A stretch of 36,619 bases of DNA from Saprolegnia diclina VS20 (GCF_000281045.1 NW_008246083.1:289219-325837), one strand, 5' to 3'. Shown: positions 10,650 through 23,285, numbered from the stretch's first letter. Notes: generated from the sequence alone by a model not told the origin. Program-made: numbers and translations.

Positions 10650-11858
10650 ATGGGCGTGGCGACGCGGGTCATCCAAGGTGCGCAGATCGCCGCCAAGATG
10701 CGTGCGCAGGTCAAGGCCAAGGTAGACGCATGCCATTGCCATCGTCTAAACACTTCTGTAGATCGATGCCATTGCGGCGACGACGCCGGCGGTACAAGCC
10801 ATGCTTGCGTCTCTCATGCTCATCGTGCTGGGCTAGCGGCCATCGCTGGGCGTGATCATGGTTGGCGACCGGAAAGACTCGCGCCTGTATGTCGAGGCCA
10901 AAGGCCGCGCGTGCCTCGAGGTTGGCATCACTTCAGTGAACCAATTCTTCCCGATGGACGTCGCCCAAGTACGTTGCTACCAACGCGTGGCCATCCTCAT
11001 GGCAGGTCTAGGCGGACCTCTTGAAGCAAATTGACGCGTTCAACGCCGACGCGTCCATCGATGGTATCTTGGTGCAGGTACATCTGACATCATCCATGGG
11101 CGATGGCCTCACCGTGCGTAGCTGCCGCTGCCGCCAACGATCGACGAGAAGGCTGTCATCGACGCGGTCTTGCCGACAAAAGACGTCGACGGACTGCACC
11201 CGTTCAACGTTGGCGAGCTCTCGATGCGCGGGCGCACGCCGCACTTTACTGCGTGCACCCCAGAGGGCGTTCTGCAGCTGCTGGACGAGGTTGCGCACTG
11301 GTCACACGTGGTGCCCACGTGTCATCGACGGTCGTAGGAGGGCATTGAGCTACAAGGCAAGGTCGTCGTTGTGCTCGGGCGCAGCGACTTGGTCGGCAAC
11401 CCCGTCGGTATGCTTTTGCGCAAGCGCCACGCCACGGTCATCTCGTGTCACTCGCGCACGGGCAACGTACTCATTCTTCCTGCGGTGCTCCAAGGTTCAG
11501 GCGACCATCCGATTATAGATCCCGACCTTTGTTGGCATGGCCGACATTGTCATTAGCGCCTGCGGTGTCCCACGCCTCGTCCGCGGGAGCTGGCTCAAGC
11601 CTGGCGCGGTCGTCCTTGACGTTGGCATCAACTTTGTCGCGGACGGCACGGTCGTCGGTGACGTGTGTTTTGACGAAGCCATGGGCGTGGCTGGGGCCAT
11701 CACCCCCGTCCCTGGCGGTGCGTCGGCGTCGCATTGAACGTGTTTAAACAGCTTGCAATGACGTAGGGGTCGGGCCCATGACGATCGCGATGCTCATGCG
11801 CAACGTCAGCATCGCGTTCGAGCGCCGAATAAACGCTTTGGCGGGCAAACCCGTTTAA
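10650..11858 (+). CDS. folD: Methylenetetrahydrofolate dehydrogenase/methenyl-THF cyclohydrolase (FolD family)
   Basis: Spliced motifs SRLYVEAK (YxxxK), [69 protein letters not shown] and [19 protein letters not shown]. Confidence 0.95.
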
Positions 11859-11912
11859 ACTCACAATACGAAACTGGTTGTGCGTCGTATCAGTTTCACT
11901 CGACCACCGCGC

Positions 11913-14900
11913 ATGGAGCCGCACTTTGCCGCGACGTCGCTCCCCAAAGTCTTTCGCGAGAGCTTGGCCAAAGCTGCCGAGGTCCGTGAGCCGCTTCGGC
12001 CGTCCCTTCCTCGGCAAGCGTAGGCTACAACATTCCTTCTTTTGTAAGCATCGAGCGTACCTAGCGCGACGGCCAGCTCGACGCACCGCCGCAGCAGCGG
12101 TGTGCCTCCGAACCAGTCGCACTTGGTCTCGCCAAGAGCGTTCGAAGCCCCGTTCGGGACGCAACCTCGTAAGCCCAAGCCGCAAGCGACAGCGAGTATC
12201 GACCCGCGAGACGAAGCCGGCATTCTGTTTCCGTACAACAACATTGCCGACGACGACGGGTCACTGCAGCAAATCATGTGGGCCAAGTGGAACCACGACG
12301 CCACCAACGACTCGCAGGCGGCGAGTGCCAAAGATGCATTCGTGTCCTTTGCCTTGTACGCTGATTGCCAAGTTGTCGGGTGCTTGACAGATATATTGTC
12401 CAGATATGCTCAAGTCAAGCTCCAAGAGGCGCAGCGCATGGCCGCGTACTTGGAGCAGCCCAACCTCTTTGTAACAGCGGTCGCGAGCTCGCTTCTCCAG
12501 CGGGTAGAATCATGAAGGCGTCGATACCGATCCTATCGACGGGTTCTAGTGCGCCGACCGGCTCGGAGCGTCTGGCGGCATCGTCCGCCAGCTTCTACAG
12601 GTGCTCCTCTCGGCCATCTACCACCGCAAGGACGCGGATGTGACGCCGGCGCGCCTCAACGTCGACCGCTACGCGCCCTACTTTGCGGTACGTGGCCGCA
12701 TCGACTCGACGTGTAGGATACAATGATGTAGGAATACCGCCGACTGCGGCGGACGTGCGTCGACCTCCTCGAAGAAAACACGCGCAAGCACAACGAGACG
12801 GCAGCGCGCAAGCAAGGCTTTGGCAAGATCCAGCGCGTCATCCAGGGCACGACGCGCATTTGGAAGCACCGGCTGCTGCATTTTCTCTACTTTCAGTGGG
12901 CGTACTATGTCTTTCGTCGACGGCGCATTCGACGCGTACCTACATCGAATCTCGGTCGTTTGTCGAGTCAATATTGTCGTCTAGTTTGTGGACCGGACGT
13001 TTCGACACAAAAACCGCGGGTCCGTGCGCGACACCTTTCGCGCGTGGCGCATCGAGGCACTCCGCCGTGCCTACTATGTACGAGAACCAAGTTGTGCAAC
13101 TACTCGTGTACACGAGGGCATAGCGCGAGTCGGCCAATTACCAGACAATGTTGTCCGTCACCGCCGAGTCGCTCAGCCGCAAGGTGGCTGGAACCTGGGA
13201 TTCCCAGACGCTGAACTTGCATGGTAGGATGTGCAACTGACCAGCGCCACCGAGAAGATCGCCAAGTTACAAATGCATGTCGACCAGCTTACGACGACCA
13301 ACTCCAACTTGGTACATCAGGACGCGTTGCAGTCGTATCGAACAAACGACGCTAGATCACGCGGGTCCAAGACCTCGAGAGTCAAATTCGCATCTTGAAG
13401 CTCACGATGCGGGGCAGCTTGACGGCGCCAGCAGCGCAAGACCACCCACCGCTTGTGTCGGCCATGACGGCGCCGCCCGCGGCGTACGAGCGCATGGACA
13501 CGATCGTGTACGAGGACGACCAGCCGCGCGACGACGGCGGTGGCGCGCGCGTCAACAAGATGCTTCTCGAAGGCATGTTTGCCATGGCGCGCATGGTCGA
13601 GTCGGCCGTGATCCAGTTTAGCAAAGAGTCGCTCGAAGCACTCGAGACGCAGTACGACGGCGCCGAGCTGCGCCAGCTCTCCCAGCGTGTACAACTCGTC
13701 GTTTTCGAGAGACGACAGTGCTTATAACGATTGTAGATTGCAGACGAGCACGCGCAAATCGACAAGATCACGACCGGGTACCATGACGTGCACTTGACCA
13801 ACGTCTTGAGCAAGCCCGTGGACACGATTTTGCTGCATTGGGCGCGCATGAAGCTTGAGGAGAGCAAAATTGTGCTGCGACCGCAAGACCGAATGGTAGA
13901 CAAGTTGTCCATTGTTTGACACACCACAACTCGTCGCTCGACCGCGTAGCTCAAGAACTTTACCGACGATCTGGCCGACGGCAGTAAATTCTCGACGCTT
14001 TTGCACCACTTGTTTCCACGCGACTACGACACCCACGTACTTCCACGCTAGACAAATATGTACATGCTCCACGCGAGGCTACTAGATGGTGCACGAAATC
14101 AATGTCGAGCAGCGATTGGCCAACATTGAGCGCTTCAACAAGACGCTGCGCGTCGAGTCGTCGAGCGACGTCAAGGTACCCGTCATTGTCACTGCCGACT
14201 CGATCGCGGCCCAGCGCGGGCTTGAGAACGCTGTCTTTATCAGCGTGCTCTTTACGCTCTCGCCGTACGATCGATCGATTTCTTCGTCGAACCTTGTGCA
14301 ATATTCCGGTAGCGGCCACTTTTCCAAGGTCAACACGGAGAAATGCCGCAAGGTGTTTCTGCAAATCGTCTCGGCGTGGAAAAAGGTTTGGGTTTGTGGA
14401 CAACTTGTCTGTTTTAAAGATGACATGCTAGGTGCGGAGCTTGATGCTCGAGGTGAAGCGCACGCCCGACGATCCGCTTGGCGCCGAAAACATGATGGTC
14501 GTGACGCTCGGGAAGGAGATGCGCCGCGTCGAAGAGCTGCACACGCTGCTTCAGAAAGAAATGACGTCGCTCGTCTGCGCGAGCAACGAGAGCGCCGGCG
14601 TTCTCTCCAAGCTCCTCCACAAGATCTTGTGTTTTACGTGGCGGGTTGGTCTCTCGCTAGATTGATCGATTGATACAAACATCGTTGGTAGATGTTGTCG
14701 CAGCGCGACCGCGGCGTCGACGGCGACATCATTGACGAGCGCCGCGCCGACACGCTTCGCAAATTTACGAGTGTGAGTGCCAACGTAATCCGCCGGCTCA
14801 TTTCAGACGAACCGTCGCCGCGCCGTCGCAGCATCTCGGACACGGAGGTCATGACGCGCGTCTTTGGCATTCAAAAAGTGCTCAAGCACCACTTTAACGA

Positions 14901-15958
14901 CCTCCACGCCATCTTTCGTCACTACAGGTTGGCATCAGCCAGTCGACATTTGCAGGAGACTGACGCGTGCCACGGTATGTTAGTTGCAGCACCTTGCGCG
15001 GCCACTCGGCGACCATGAGTCTCCAAGAATACATTAAATTCGTCAAGGTACGAGGCGGTGGGCATGCAAAACATGACCGTCGTGTGCAAAGGACTGCAAC
15101 ATTGTCGACAAGAAGGTGCATTTGCCCGTCGTCGACGCCATCTACCACCACTGTGTCGAGGCCCAGTACGTCTATTCATATGCAAGGACGGACGCTGACG
15201 CTGACGTAGGGACGACGGCACAGCGCAGCGTGAAATGTCACCGATGGACTTTGTCCACGCGCTGGTTCTTGTTGCGGACAAGAAATTTCCGAGCATGGTC
15301 TTTGAAGAGCGGATCCAGGAGCTTTTGGACAAGTGCGTCTTGCCCAACGCGAGTCGGTCGCAACCCGAAGCGTTCCGCCTCCTCTTGCACTCGCCCGAGG
15401 TACTCCATCGCTTGCAAGTTGATTAGGCAAATATGTCTACTAGGTGCGGGCTGTCCTTTTGAAATTCAAGAGCCCGCTCCAGCACGTCTTCAAGTACTAC
15501 TCCAACATGAAGACCGACGACGTATGAGATTGCATAAACCCAATTTGAAGGATACGTTGGGGTGTAGGAAATGACGGCCGCGAGCAAGTCGAGCACGACG
15601 CTCGACGTCAACGAATTCCTGAGTCTCGTCAAAGACTGCAAGCTCATGGGCTTTTTTGTGACGGACGCGATCGTCAAGCAGGTCTTTATCCTCGTGCAGC
15701 GACAGTACGACGACACAGAGACGCAAGTGAGCACAACGACGACCGACGACGAGCTCCAAATCGATTTCGCCGAGTTTGAAGAGGTGCGAAGCACCTGCAA
15801 CAGCGCAAGTCGCATGGATGGAGTAGGCGCTGGCCGTGCTCACGGAGCATGTGATCTGCAACCCGTACATCCCGCTGCACAAGCGCCTCGAGCAGTTTGT
15901 GACTGAAATGGTCTTGCCCCGCGCCCGCCAAAAGAAGACCAAAGGCGACCACCACTAA
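11913..15958 (+). CDS. Large multi-exon protein with coiled coil, calponin-homology domain and C-terminal p25alpha/EF-hand-like repeats; probably cytoskeletal or flagellar
   Basis: CH-like ILLHWARMKL..LKNFTDDLADGSKFSTLLHHLFP. Repeats MSLQEYIKFVKDCNIVDKK..MSPMDFVHALVLVA and LDVNEFLSLVKDCKLM..IDFAEFEEALAVL. The start and some splice sites are approximate, and it could be two genes. Confidence 0.65.
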
Positions 15959-16184
15959 GAACGCACAGTTATTAGTTAGTTGTTTCCATAGTCGATAAAC
16001 GCGCTTTAGTGCACAACATCTAGTACATATTGGTTAGTCGTTCAATCTCTCGTCGACGGCGCAGTCGATGGATCCATTCGTCCGCGGTGCAGGTGCTTGT
16101 GGCGATCCGCGTGTCGCGTATCCGGATGCTGACCTGGCGTACGGATAACGCCATTTCCGAATCGGCTGCCAACAACGCAAGAGA

Positions 16185-17203
16185 ATGGCAGCTTTGGGCA
16201 ACGATGTAGTGCTGGGTCTCCTCGGGACGGGCAAGATCGGCAGCGCCGTCATGACGGGCTACTGCTCGCCGGTCGCCGCCAAGTCGACATGGGAGCCCAA
16301 GGCCATCTTCGTGAGCCCGCGCGGGACGGAGAAGGCCAAGGCGCTCCAGGCCAAGTTCCCGGCCAAGGTCACGATCGCGGCCACGAACCAGGCCGTCATT
16401 GATGCGTCCAACGTCATCTTCATTGGCTTGCTTCCGGACATTGCGCGCCAGGTACACAGCGATTGCGCACCTGCTGCCTTCTCATGGCGGCGACGTAGGA
16501 ACTGCCGGCGCTCACCTTTCCGCCGCACGTCACGGTCATCTCGATGATGGCCACGATCCCGTACGACGAGCTCGTCCAGCTCGTGCGTCTCCCCAAGGCG
16601 AACGTGGTACACACAGCCATGTGCATACTGCTTGCGATGAAGAGGCCATTAGGTGCGCACGGTCCCGCTGCCAAGCTCGTCGCGTCGCACGGGTCCGATC
16701 CTCGCGTACCCCAAGCAGTCGTACGTGGAGCAGCTCTTGCTGCAGATCGGGACACCGGTGATGGTTGACACGGAGAGCGAAGTGACGACGCTTGTAGGCT
16801 ACATGACATTCACTTTCCATCGCCTCATGTGTCTCTTCCATCACGGTAGACGGGCATGACGGCCATGATCTCGTTCTTCTACGCGACATGCGGCCACCTC
16901 CAGCAGTGGTGCGTCAACAACGGCGTTGGTACGCGCTCATCTCTGTCGCTAAAGCTCATGGTGCACGTAGAGGACTCGGCGTCGCGCGCGTACGTTGCCT
17001 CGTTCTTCCAGTCGCTCGCCGACGCGGGCATGGTGTCGACCGAAGCCTTCCACGACATGGCCGAGGAGGCCGCGACCCCCGGCGGCCTCAACGAGCAGAC
17101 CCACCGCGGCCTCACGAGCACGGGCGCGTACGAGCTCATGCTCGACCAGGTCGACGCCATCTTCACGCGCTTGACCAAGGCCGCGCCGGCGCCGCGTCGC
17201 TAG
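16185..17203 (+). CDS. proC: Pyrroline-5-carboxylate reductase-like protein
   Basis: Rossmann motif LGLLGTGKIGSAV, NQAVIDASNVIFIG, VVRTVPLP, and dimerisation-domain ATPGGLNEQ; short GT-AG introns. Confidence 0.85.
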
Positions 17204-17395
17204 CGGCGGAACCGCCCACCCTAGATCTCGGTCGCTACAAACACGGTGTGGATTTTCACGTGGCTTTGTTTTTTAAATGACTTGTTCATGTATGTTATCC
17301 GGAATGGTGGTGCAATAATAATATTTACGGCCGAAACGGAGGTGCCATTTTTTTTCCCGAGCGCCACCCGAGAGGCCGACGCGCTTCAAGCCGCG

Positions 17396-20166
17396 ATGCT
17401 GACGCCGGACGAGGAAGACTACTTTGGTACGCCGATGGGCATGAAGACGAGGATGACCATGGCGCCATGTAGATGCGATGACGCAGGAAGACATGCGCGC
17501 CATGATGAACGAGAACTTTGGCGTGATCTTGGCACGCGTCGGAAGCCATCCCTTCTGGCCGGCTCGGGTACGCACCGCCAATGGCGTCCATGGCGGCGCG
17601 AACAGTCTCTCCATCGTGGTGGCTCGTAGATGGTTGAGCTCGAAGAATGGGTCGACCACGTGGCGCACCGCCAGCGCAAGGGGCAGATCTGCGTCTACTT
17701 TTACGGCTCGCACAACTAGTACGTGGCTGACGTTCCTCCTCCATCCGCATGGCTATCGACGGCGATGCTCATGCATGTACCGTGGTATGTAGCGGCTGGA
17801 CGTTGCGCAACGGTTTGCACGCGTTTGTCGACGACCACCCGTCGTTCAAGTCGGTGAAGAAAGGAACCAAGATCTGGACGCAGTACACACAGGGCCTCGA
17901 TGAGGCCAAGCAGGCGATCGTGACCGCGACCGCCATCAACGCGACGCCCTTCTTTGAGCGCATGTACGCTCGCCTCGATTCTCGATCGTCTTGACCTGCA
18001 CATGTAGCACCCAAAAGATGAAGGATTGCGAGGTTGACGTGCCCTGCAGCGGGTGCAGTAAGAAGGGCGGCGACGGCCTGCGCCTCGTCTGCGATGGCAC
18101 AAGCTGCGAGAAGGAGTTCCACATGGCCTGCCTCGACCCGCCGCTGACGACCGTACGACGATGCAGCGATCGTGGCCACTCATTTTTCGCCTCTCGTAGG
18201 TGCCCGAGGGATCCTGGTACTGTCCGACCTGCGCCAAGCGCCAGCCCACGCCGTCTCTCGAGGCCACGTCACCGAATACGAACGCGACAAGTAAGCCCAA
18301 GGCGACGCCGGACGCCAAGCCCATGGCGCGCAAGTCGGACAAACTCCGCAAACCCGACGGCCGGAAATCCAAAGCGTCGTCGCCGCCGGTGACGTCCGAG
18401 CCCCTACTCGACGACGTCGAGTCGGAAGAGCGCTGCTTCCTCTGCGGTCTCGGCGGCGAACTCGTCGTGTGCGAGTTTGGCCGCTGCACCAAGGTGTACC
18501 ACCAGCTCTGCCTCGGCGCGTACCCGTTTCCTGTCGACGACGAGACGCAATGGGTCTGTCCGCGCCACACGTGCGCGATTTCGGGCGCCCGCGAAGAGCT
18601 TGGCGCCAAGTCGACCATGTGGCACTGCCTTCGCTGCCCGCTCGCGATCGACGAGGCGGTCTTGCCCAACGTACGTCGCCTAGGATTATCCCTTTTCTAT
18701 CCGAGACAAGTATCCAAGATACTAACTGGATACTAGAACGCTGCGCTGACCAAGATGAGCCGCCGGGAAAAGACGCTGTTGTGCCCGCACTGCGTGTGCC
18801 CTGTCGCCAAAGTGCGTCTCGCCAAGTTCCTCGAGCGCATTTGGTCGCTCGTCGCCACGAACCGGCAAGGCCTCCCGTTCTGCGGCCCGCTCTTGCCCGG
18901 CGTCGACCGGCCAACGTGCCTCGACGACGGCCGCGTCCTCGACCTCTTCCAGATCATGGCCAACATCCGCGCGCTGCAGTACCAGAGCGCCCTTACGTTT
19001 GCGTTCGACGTTCGCGAGGTACTCACCCTATCTCATGTCTTATTGGGTATCTCATATTTTATCAGGTTGTGGACACGGCGCTCGCTATCATCAACAACCG
19101 CTCGGCGCCGCTGGTTGAGGCCGCCAAGAGCCTCGGCATGGTGGTCGACGAGCAGCTCAAAACCTACGCCGCGCAGCTCAACGCGGTGCAGCCGTTCTTG
19201 GACGCCAACGACCCAGGTAGACACCGCGCCGCTTTTTGTAGCTAATATGCATTTGCATGCATAGGACTCGGCGACCAACCGGCGCACATTGCGCAAGCGT
19301 CGATGGCGTGGCCGATTCCGTGGCGAAAAGAGTGCACGCCGTTTGGCAGTACGAGCTACGTGCACACGGACACGCGGACGCTCGACGAGTGGACTGCGTA
19401 CATTACGAGCGCCCCCGTGTTTGTGGATGTCGCGCCGCCCGTTGCTGCGGCGCCGCAGCCGGTGGCCGTGGACGAAGCGGACGCGCGGCTCGCGCACCTC
19501 CCGTCGACGCTGTCTCTTGGCGACGGGATCGACGTGCTCACGGCGCTCTCGGGCCTCTCGCAGCTCGACGGCAGCGAGGCGCTTGCGGCGTTCCAGGCCG
19601 ACCAAGCTGTCCTCTCCATGTCGAGCGTCGAGATGGACCTCATGTTCAAGCAGCAAGCCGGCTTGCTTCGGCGGGCGCTGCAGGGCCACGCAGCGCTGCA
19701 ACACGCGTGGCTCACGCAGCAGCAGAATTTACTCGGGACCGACTCGACACAGCTCCTCACGATCGGCGAAGGTCGCTTGGCCGCCGAACTCCGCCTCGCC
19801 AACATGGTATTGACAAAGCTTGGGCTCCAATACGTAGCATATGCATCGTAGAACCTCAAGGCGCGGCTGCGGGCCAAAGACGAGATTCTGCAGCAGCTGA
19901 CAGCCGACCATTTGGCGCTGACGGCCCAGCTCACGGCCGCCCACGCTGCCATGGCTGAAAAAGAGGTGGGATAGAGTGTGGATGTTGGCTCTGACATTGG
20001 GGCCTCTGGTGTGTAGAAGGATCTGGACGCCGCGCTGCAGCGGGAGACGCCCGACGAGACGGCACCAGCGCAGTCGCCCGCGACGGACACACGTCGACGA
20101 AAGGCCTCGGACACGCCCGACTCGGCGCCATCCAAGGACCGGCGCACAAGGGCAAAAAAGCACTAG
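17396..20166 (+). CDS. Chromatin reader: PWWP, PHD, NSD-like PHD-C5HCH, bromodomain-like region and coiled coil
   Basis: ARVGSHPFWPARM..ICVYFYGSHN (PWWP). CSGC..LVCDGTSCEKEFHMACLDPPL..PEGSWYCPTC (PHD). CFLCGLGGELVVCEFGRCTKVYHQLC..WVCPRHTC..HCLRCP. LPFCGP..LDLFQIMANIRALQY..FAFDVREV (bromo-like). Basic C-terminus. Confidence 0.85.
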
Positions 20167-20572
20167 GTCACAGCCTCGCTCTGCGTCGTAACGATCTCAC
20201 AACCACTGCATGCTACTTCCTCGTCGAATCACCATCGCAGCCTGCAGAGAGCCTGTAGCGGCCTGACCCAGGAACTGCTAGCGCGGTGCCATGAGCTATC
20301 AATATCGGAACGTCAACTGGTCTGGCGCTCGTTCTCGGCTTGGGGTCGGTGTGCTGGCTTGGTGATGTCAAGAGTGGAGCGTCGAATGCTCTTCTAGACC
20401 ATCGAATTAACACCTTTGTGGGGAGAAGGAAGAGGTGCGCCGACGACTCGAGGTTGCGCAGGTCGAAGAGTCGAGAACGCAGATCATTGCCGAGACGATA
20501 TGGGGACTCGTGAGAACAATCGCAGACGACTAGGTTACACGGTGGACAATGTCGTCCACACTCGACGCACGT

Positions 20573-20803
20573 TCACATTGCTCGCATGTTCCGGTGCGCT
20601 GGTGGCGGCGTCGGCGGCAGATGCAGGTCTTGGTACAGCTCGCTCTTGCTACGGTAGTCGCGCAGTGCGGCCTTGTACGCCTCGATAGCTGCCTCGGGCT
20701 GACTGTGGGAATGTGTCGAGGCGTCCGGCAAACCCGTCGCTAGCATGTCGCTGACCAAGGACATGGCCGACGAGAGCGCGAAGACGATCGCAGCGACTTG
20801 CAT
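20573..20803 (-). CDS. Small 76-aa putative secreted protein (copy A)
   Basis: MQVAAIVFALSSAMSLVSDML..EAAIEAYKAALRDYRSKSELYQDLHLPPTPPP; clearly homologous to 22211-22441, with an Inr/FPR-like motif just upstream. Confidence 0.75.
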   Translation of the reverse strand: MQVAAIVFALSSAMSLVSDMLATGLPDASTHSHSQPEAAIEAYKAALRDYRSKSELYQDLHLPPTPPPAHRNMRAM

Positions 20804-20811
20804 CGATCGGC

Positions 20812-20827
20812 GCGAAAATGCAAGTGA
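20812..20827 (-). promoter_or_regulatory. Oomycete Inr/FPR-like core promoter
   Basis: TCACTTGCATTTTCGC on the minus strand, 8 nt before the ATG of copy A. Confidence 0.6.
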
Positions 20828-22184
20828 CATGGCTCGTGTTTTTCACATCTAGAATCTGATTCTGTGCACGGTTGTGGACGCAGAGTAACGCGCAAGTGTT
20901 GAAGTGCACGCAATGTAGTACTGTAGTGGTGCCTGTGAACACATCAACAGTCGTTCTAGACGCAAGGGCGAGTGTGTCCTTGACGCTCGGGAGTTTCCCT
21001 TGGTTTGCTCTTGACCCAATGATTTAGCTGAAGATCCGCACTGTGTCCACATAGTCAAACGTATGCAGCCTGAAGAGACACCAACTTGGTACCGTTAGCA
21101 CTGGACTCCTCTCGCGGACCAACGGCTCCTTCGCCGCACGCATCAAGTAGCGAGCAAGACACACGACCCGGGCACTGCAGTATACTACTATGTTGCCACG
21201 TGGGGTTATCCCTAAGGACCAGTACCAGTGGTAGTCAAACGTACTATCAGTAATAGCAGCTCGTCCCTCGCGTATCGAATCGAATGCAGGTATTGATTGA
21301 CCTGCGGTACTGGACGCTGCTTGCAATCTCGAGAGCCGAGCGACTGTCAAATACACAATGCAGCATTCTTCGCTGCCATGCCCTACAAGTACCACCTTGC
21401 ACGTATCGATTACATTACATGTACTCGACGGTACCGCGTAGGAATGGCCGTTGCGCATCACAGCAACCGCTTCAACGTCGTTGATACTGGAACAAAAGGG
21501 CAGCCAAGACACGCGTCTCAGCGACCAAGCACGGCGTCGTTGGCGCAGAACCATTGAGGAAGCGATTGATAACTCTTGGGCACAAGTTTATTGCTCCCTG
21601 AGACGAACCCACGATCACAAAGAGTCAAACTTGGGTGCCAACTTGACACCCAAGGTTGACTCCTTGTGCGTTGACCAAATATGTGTACCGTACCTAGGTA
21701 CTAGTACGTGGCAACGCAAACAGTGTATGCAAACTTACGAAAATTTCACACCGCACGAAGCTTGTCCGCAAGATTGCAGTGCGACCGTCGCTAGCGCCTA
21801 CTCGTATCGAGTGCATTCGATGTCGTCCTCTACACTACTATTCGACCAATACTATCAAGTCATTTGCTCTCTTCAACTCTGGAGCGCAGTCGGCTCCACG
21901 CGACGATCACCACTGTCGGTACCAAACCTTTTCGATTGACGTAGTACACGTGTAAGTGAGAGCATTAGTAACATGACATAGGACCCATTCAGAATGGAGT
22001 CCGTCGATCAATGGCAAGATCGAGATGACTTTGCACAAGGAGCAGTTGCTCCGTATTCCTCGGCAACAACGAAATTTAGCGCTAATGGATTCATTTTGGT
22101 GCGACTCCATGTCAGCGCCAGCTGTGGACACGCTTGCTCTAGCAGCTTGTCGATAGCGTCTCTATGTAGGGTCGGCCGTTTGGC

Positions 22185-22203
22185 GCTCACTTGTGCATTT
22201 GAC
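22185..22203 (+). promoter_or_regulatory. Oomycete Inr/FPR-like core promoter
   Basis: GCTCACTTGTGCATTTGAC just before the ATG at 22211. Confidence 0.55.
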
Positions 22204-22210
22204 TGGCCCG

Positions 22211-22441
22211 ATGCAGATGTGGCCGGCTGCATGCGTCGTGGTATCCTTCTTTTCGCTCGTCAGCGAGATGCTGTCGACAACACCCTCGAAAGACGCGACA
22301 ATGGCGAGTGAGCACGAGGCAGCGATTGAGGCCTACCGCGCTGCCATGAGTGAGTACTACGCCCGCAGCGAGCTGTACCGAGACATGCACGTGCCACCGA
22401 CGCCGCCACCGACGCGACGCCTTCGCATCGAACGCAAGTAG
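22211..22441 (+). CDS. Small 76-aa putative secreted protein (copy B)
   Basis: MQMWPAACVVVSFFSLVSEML..EAAIEAYRAAMSEYYARSELYRDMHVPPTPPP; paralogue of copy A. Confidence 0.75.
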   Translation: MQMWPAACVVVSFFSLVSEMLSTTPSKDATMASEHEAAIEAYRAAMSEYYARSELYRDMHVPPTPPPTRRLRIERK

Positions 22442-23285
22442 TCACCCTTCGTCCCTACATTGTACCACAAGCGCACGACGTATAGCTCTATTTCAGCAGC
22501 TATGGAGCGTACCAGAGCACATACCTGTCAACGCGGGATTCTAACATCGATGTTTCAGTATTTAGTATCAATGTATCATCAGTGGATTCTTTGCACGGCC
22601 CCACTCGGACACAACTTGCCAGCGAGAAAGGGTGTCGAGTGTGCAATCACATAATGTCAGAATGAACGTATATGAACTACCGGTAATGGAGAGTGACGTT
22701 CGGAGGCATTGTCGCTGGAAGGGACGACTCAAACGGCGCTCGATAGTACTAGGACAGGGCACTGGACATGCACGAGCGCCACGTCAAGGAGTCGATTCGT
22801 ATGCATCCTTCTTCATTGTGCAGCATTCCTCCCGATTCTGTCTACCTACCTGCGTCTGCTTGCATCAGAACGATATCAGTGGAAACCAGAGTGGAAACAC
22901 TCTGATGAGACCGACTTTTGATTGCAGTACCACCCGGAACTTCGGCAGTCAAAACACATGTTCTTGCCACATCCACATGTTATGAGGACAGCAGCTTTCG
23001 ACACCGCATGAGAAACTATGAAGGGACCCACGCGATGGCAACGGTCCTGCGACCTCTCAAGTTGTTCAAGCCGGTCGTTATTGTATATGTATAGCAAAGA
23101 GCCGCCCAGGGCATATATCGCCAAAGGACTGAGGGCACATAGCAATTGTGTTGCTGCTTTGTATGCAACAGCCATCGCTTTGGGTATAGCGCAAGGTGTG
23201 CAGGTGCTATGAGTCCATGCTCGCCTCCTTCGCTCGATACAACGTATTGCTATTGGTATGTGACGTGTACCTGTATTATAAACGG

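Noticed and set aside
20850..23250. ORFs of 100-176 aa in the spacers (e.g. 21024-21554, 21451-21939, 22632-22985)
   Set aside because: Lower GC, no coding-like composition and no recognisable transposase or other motifs.
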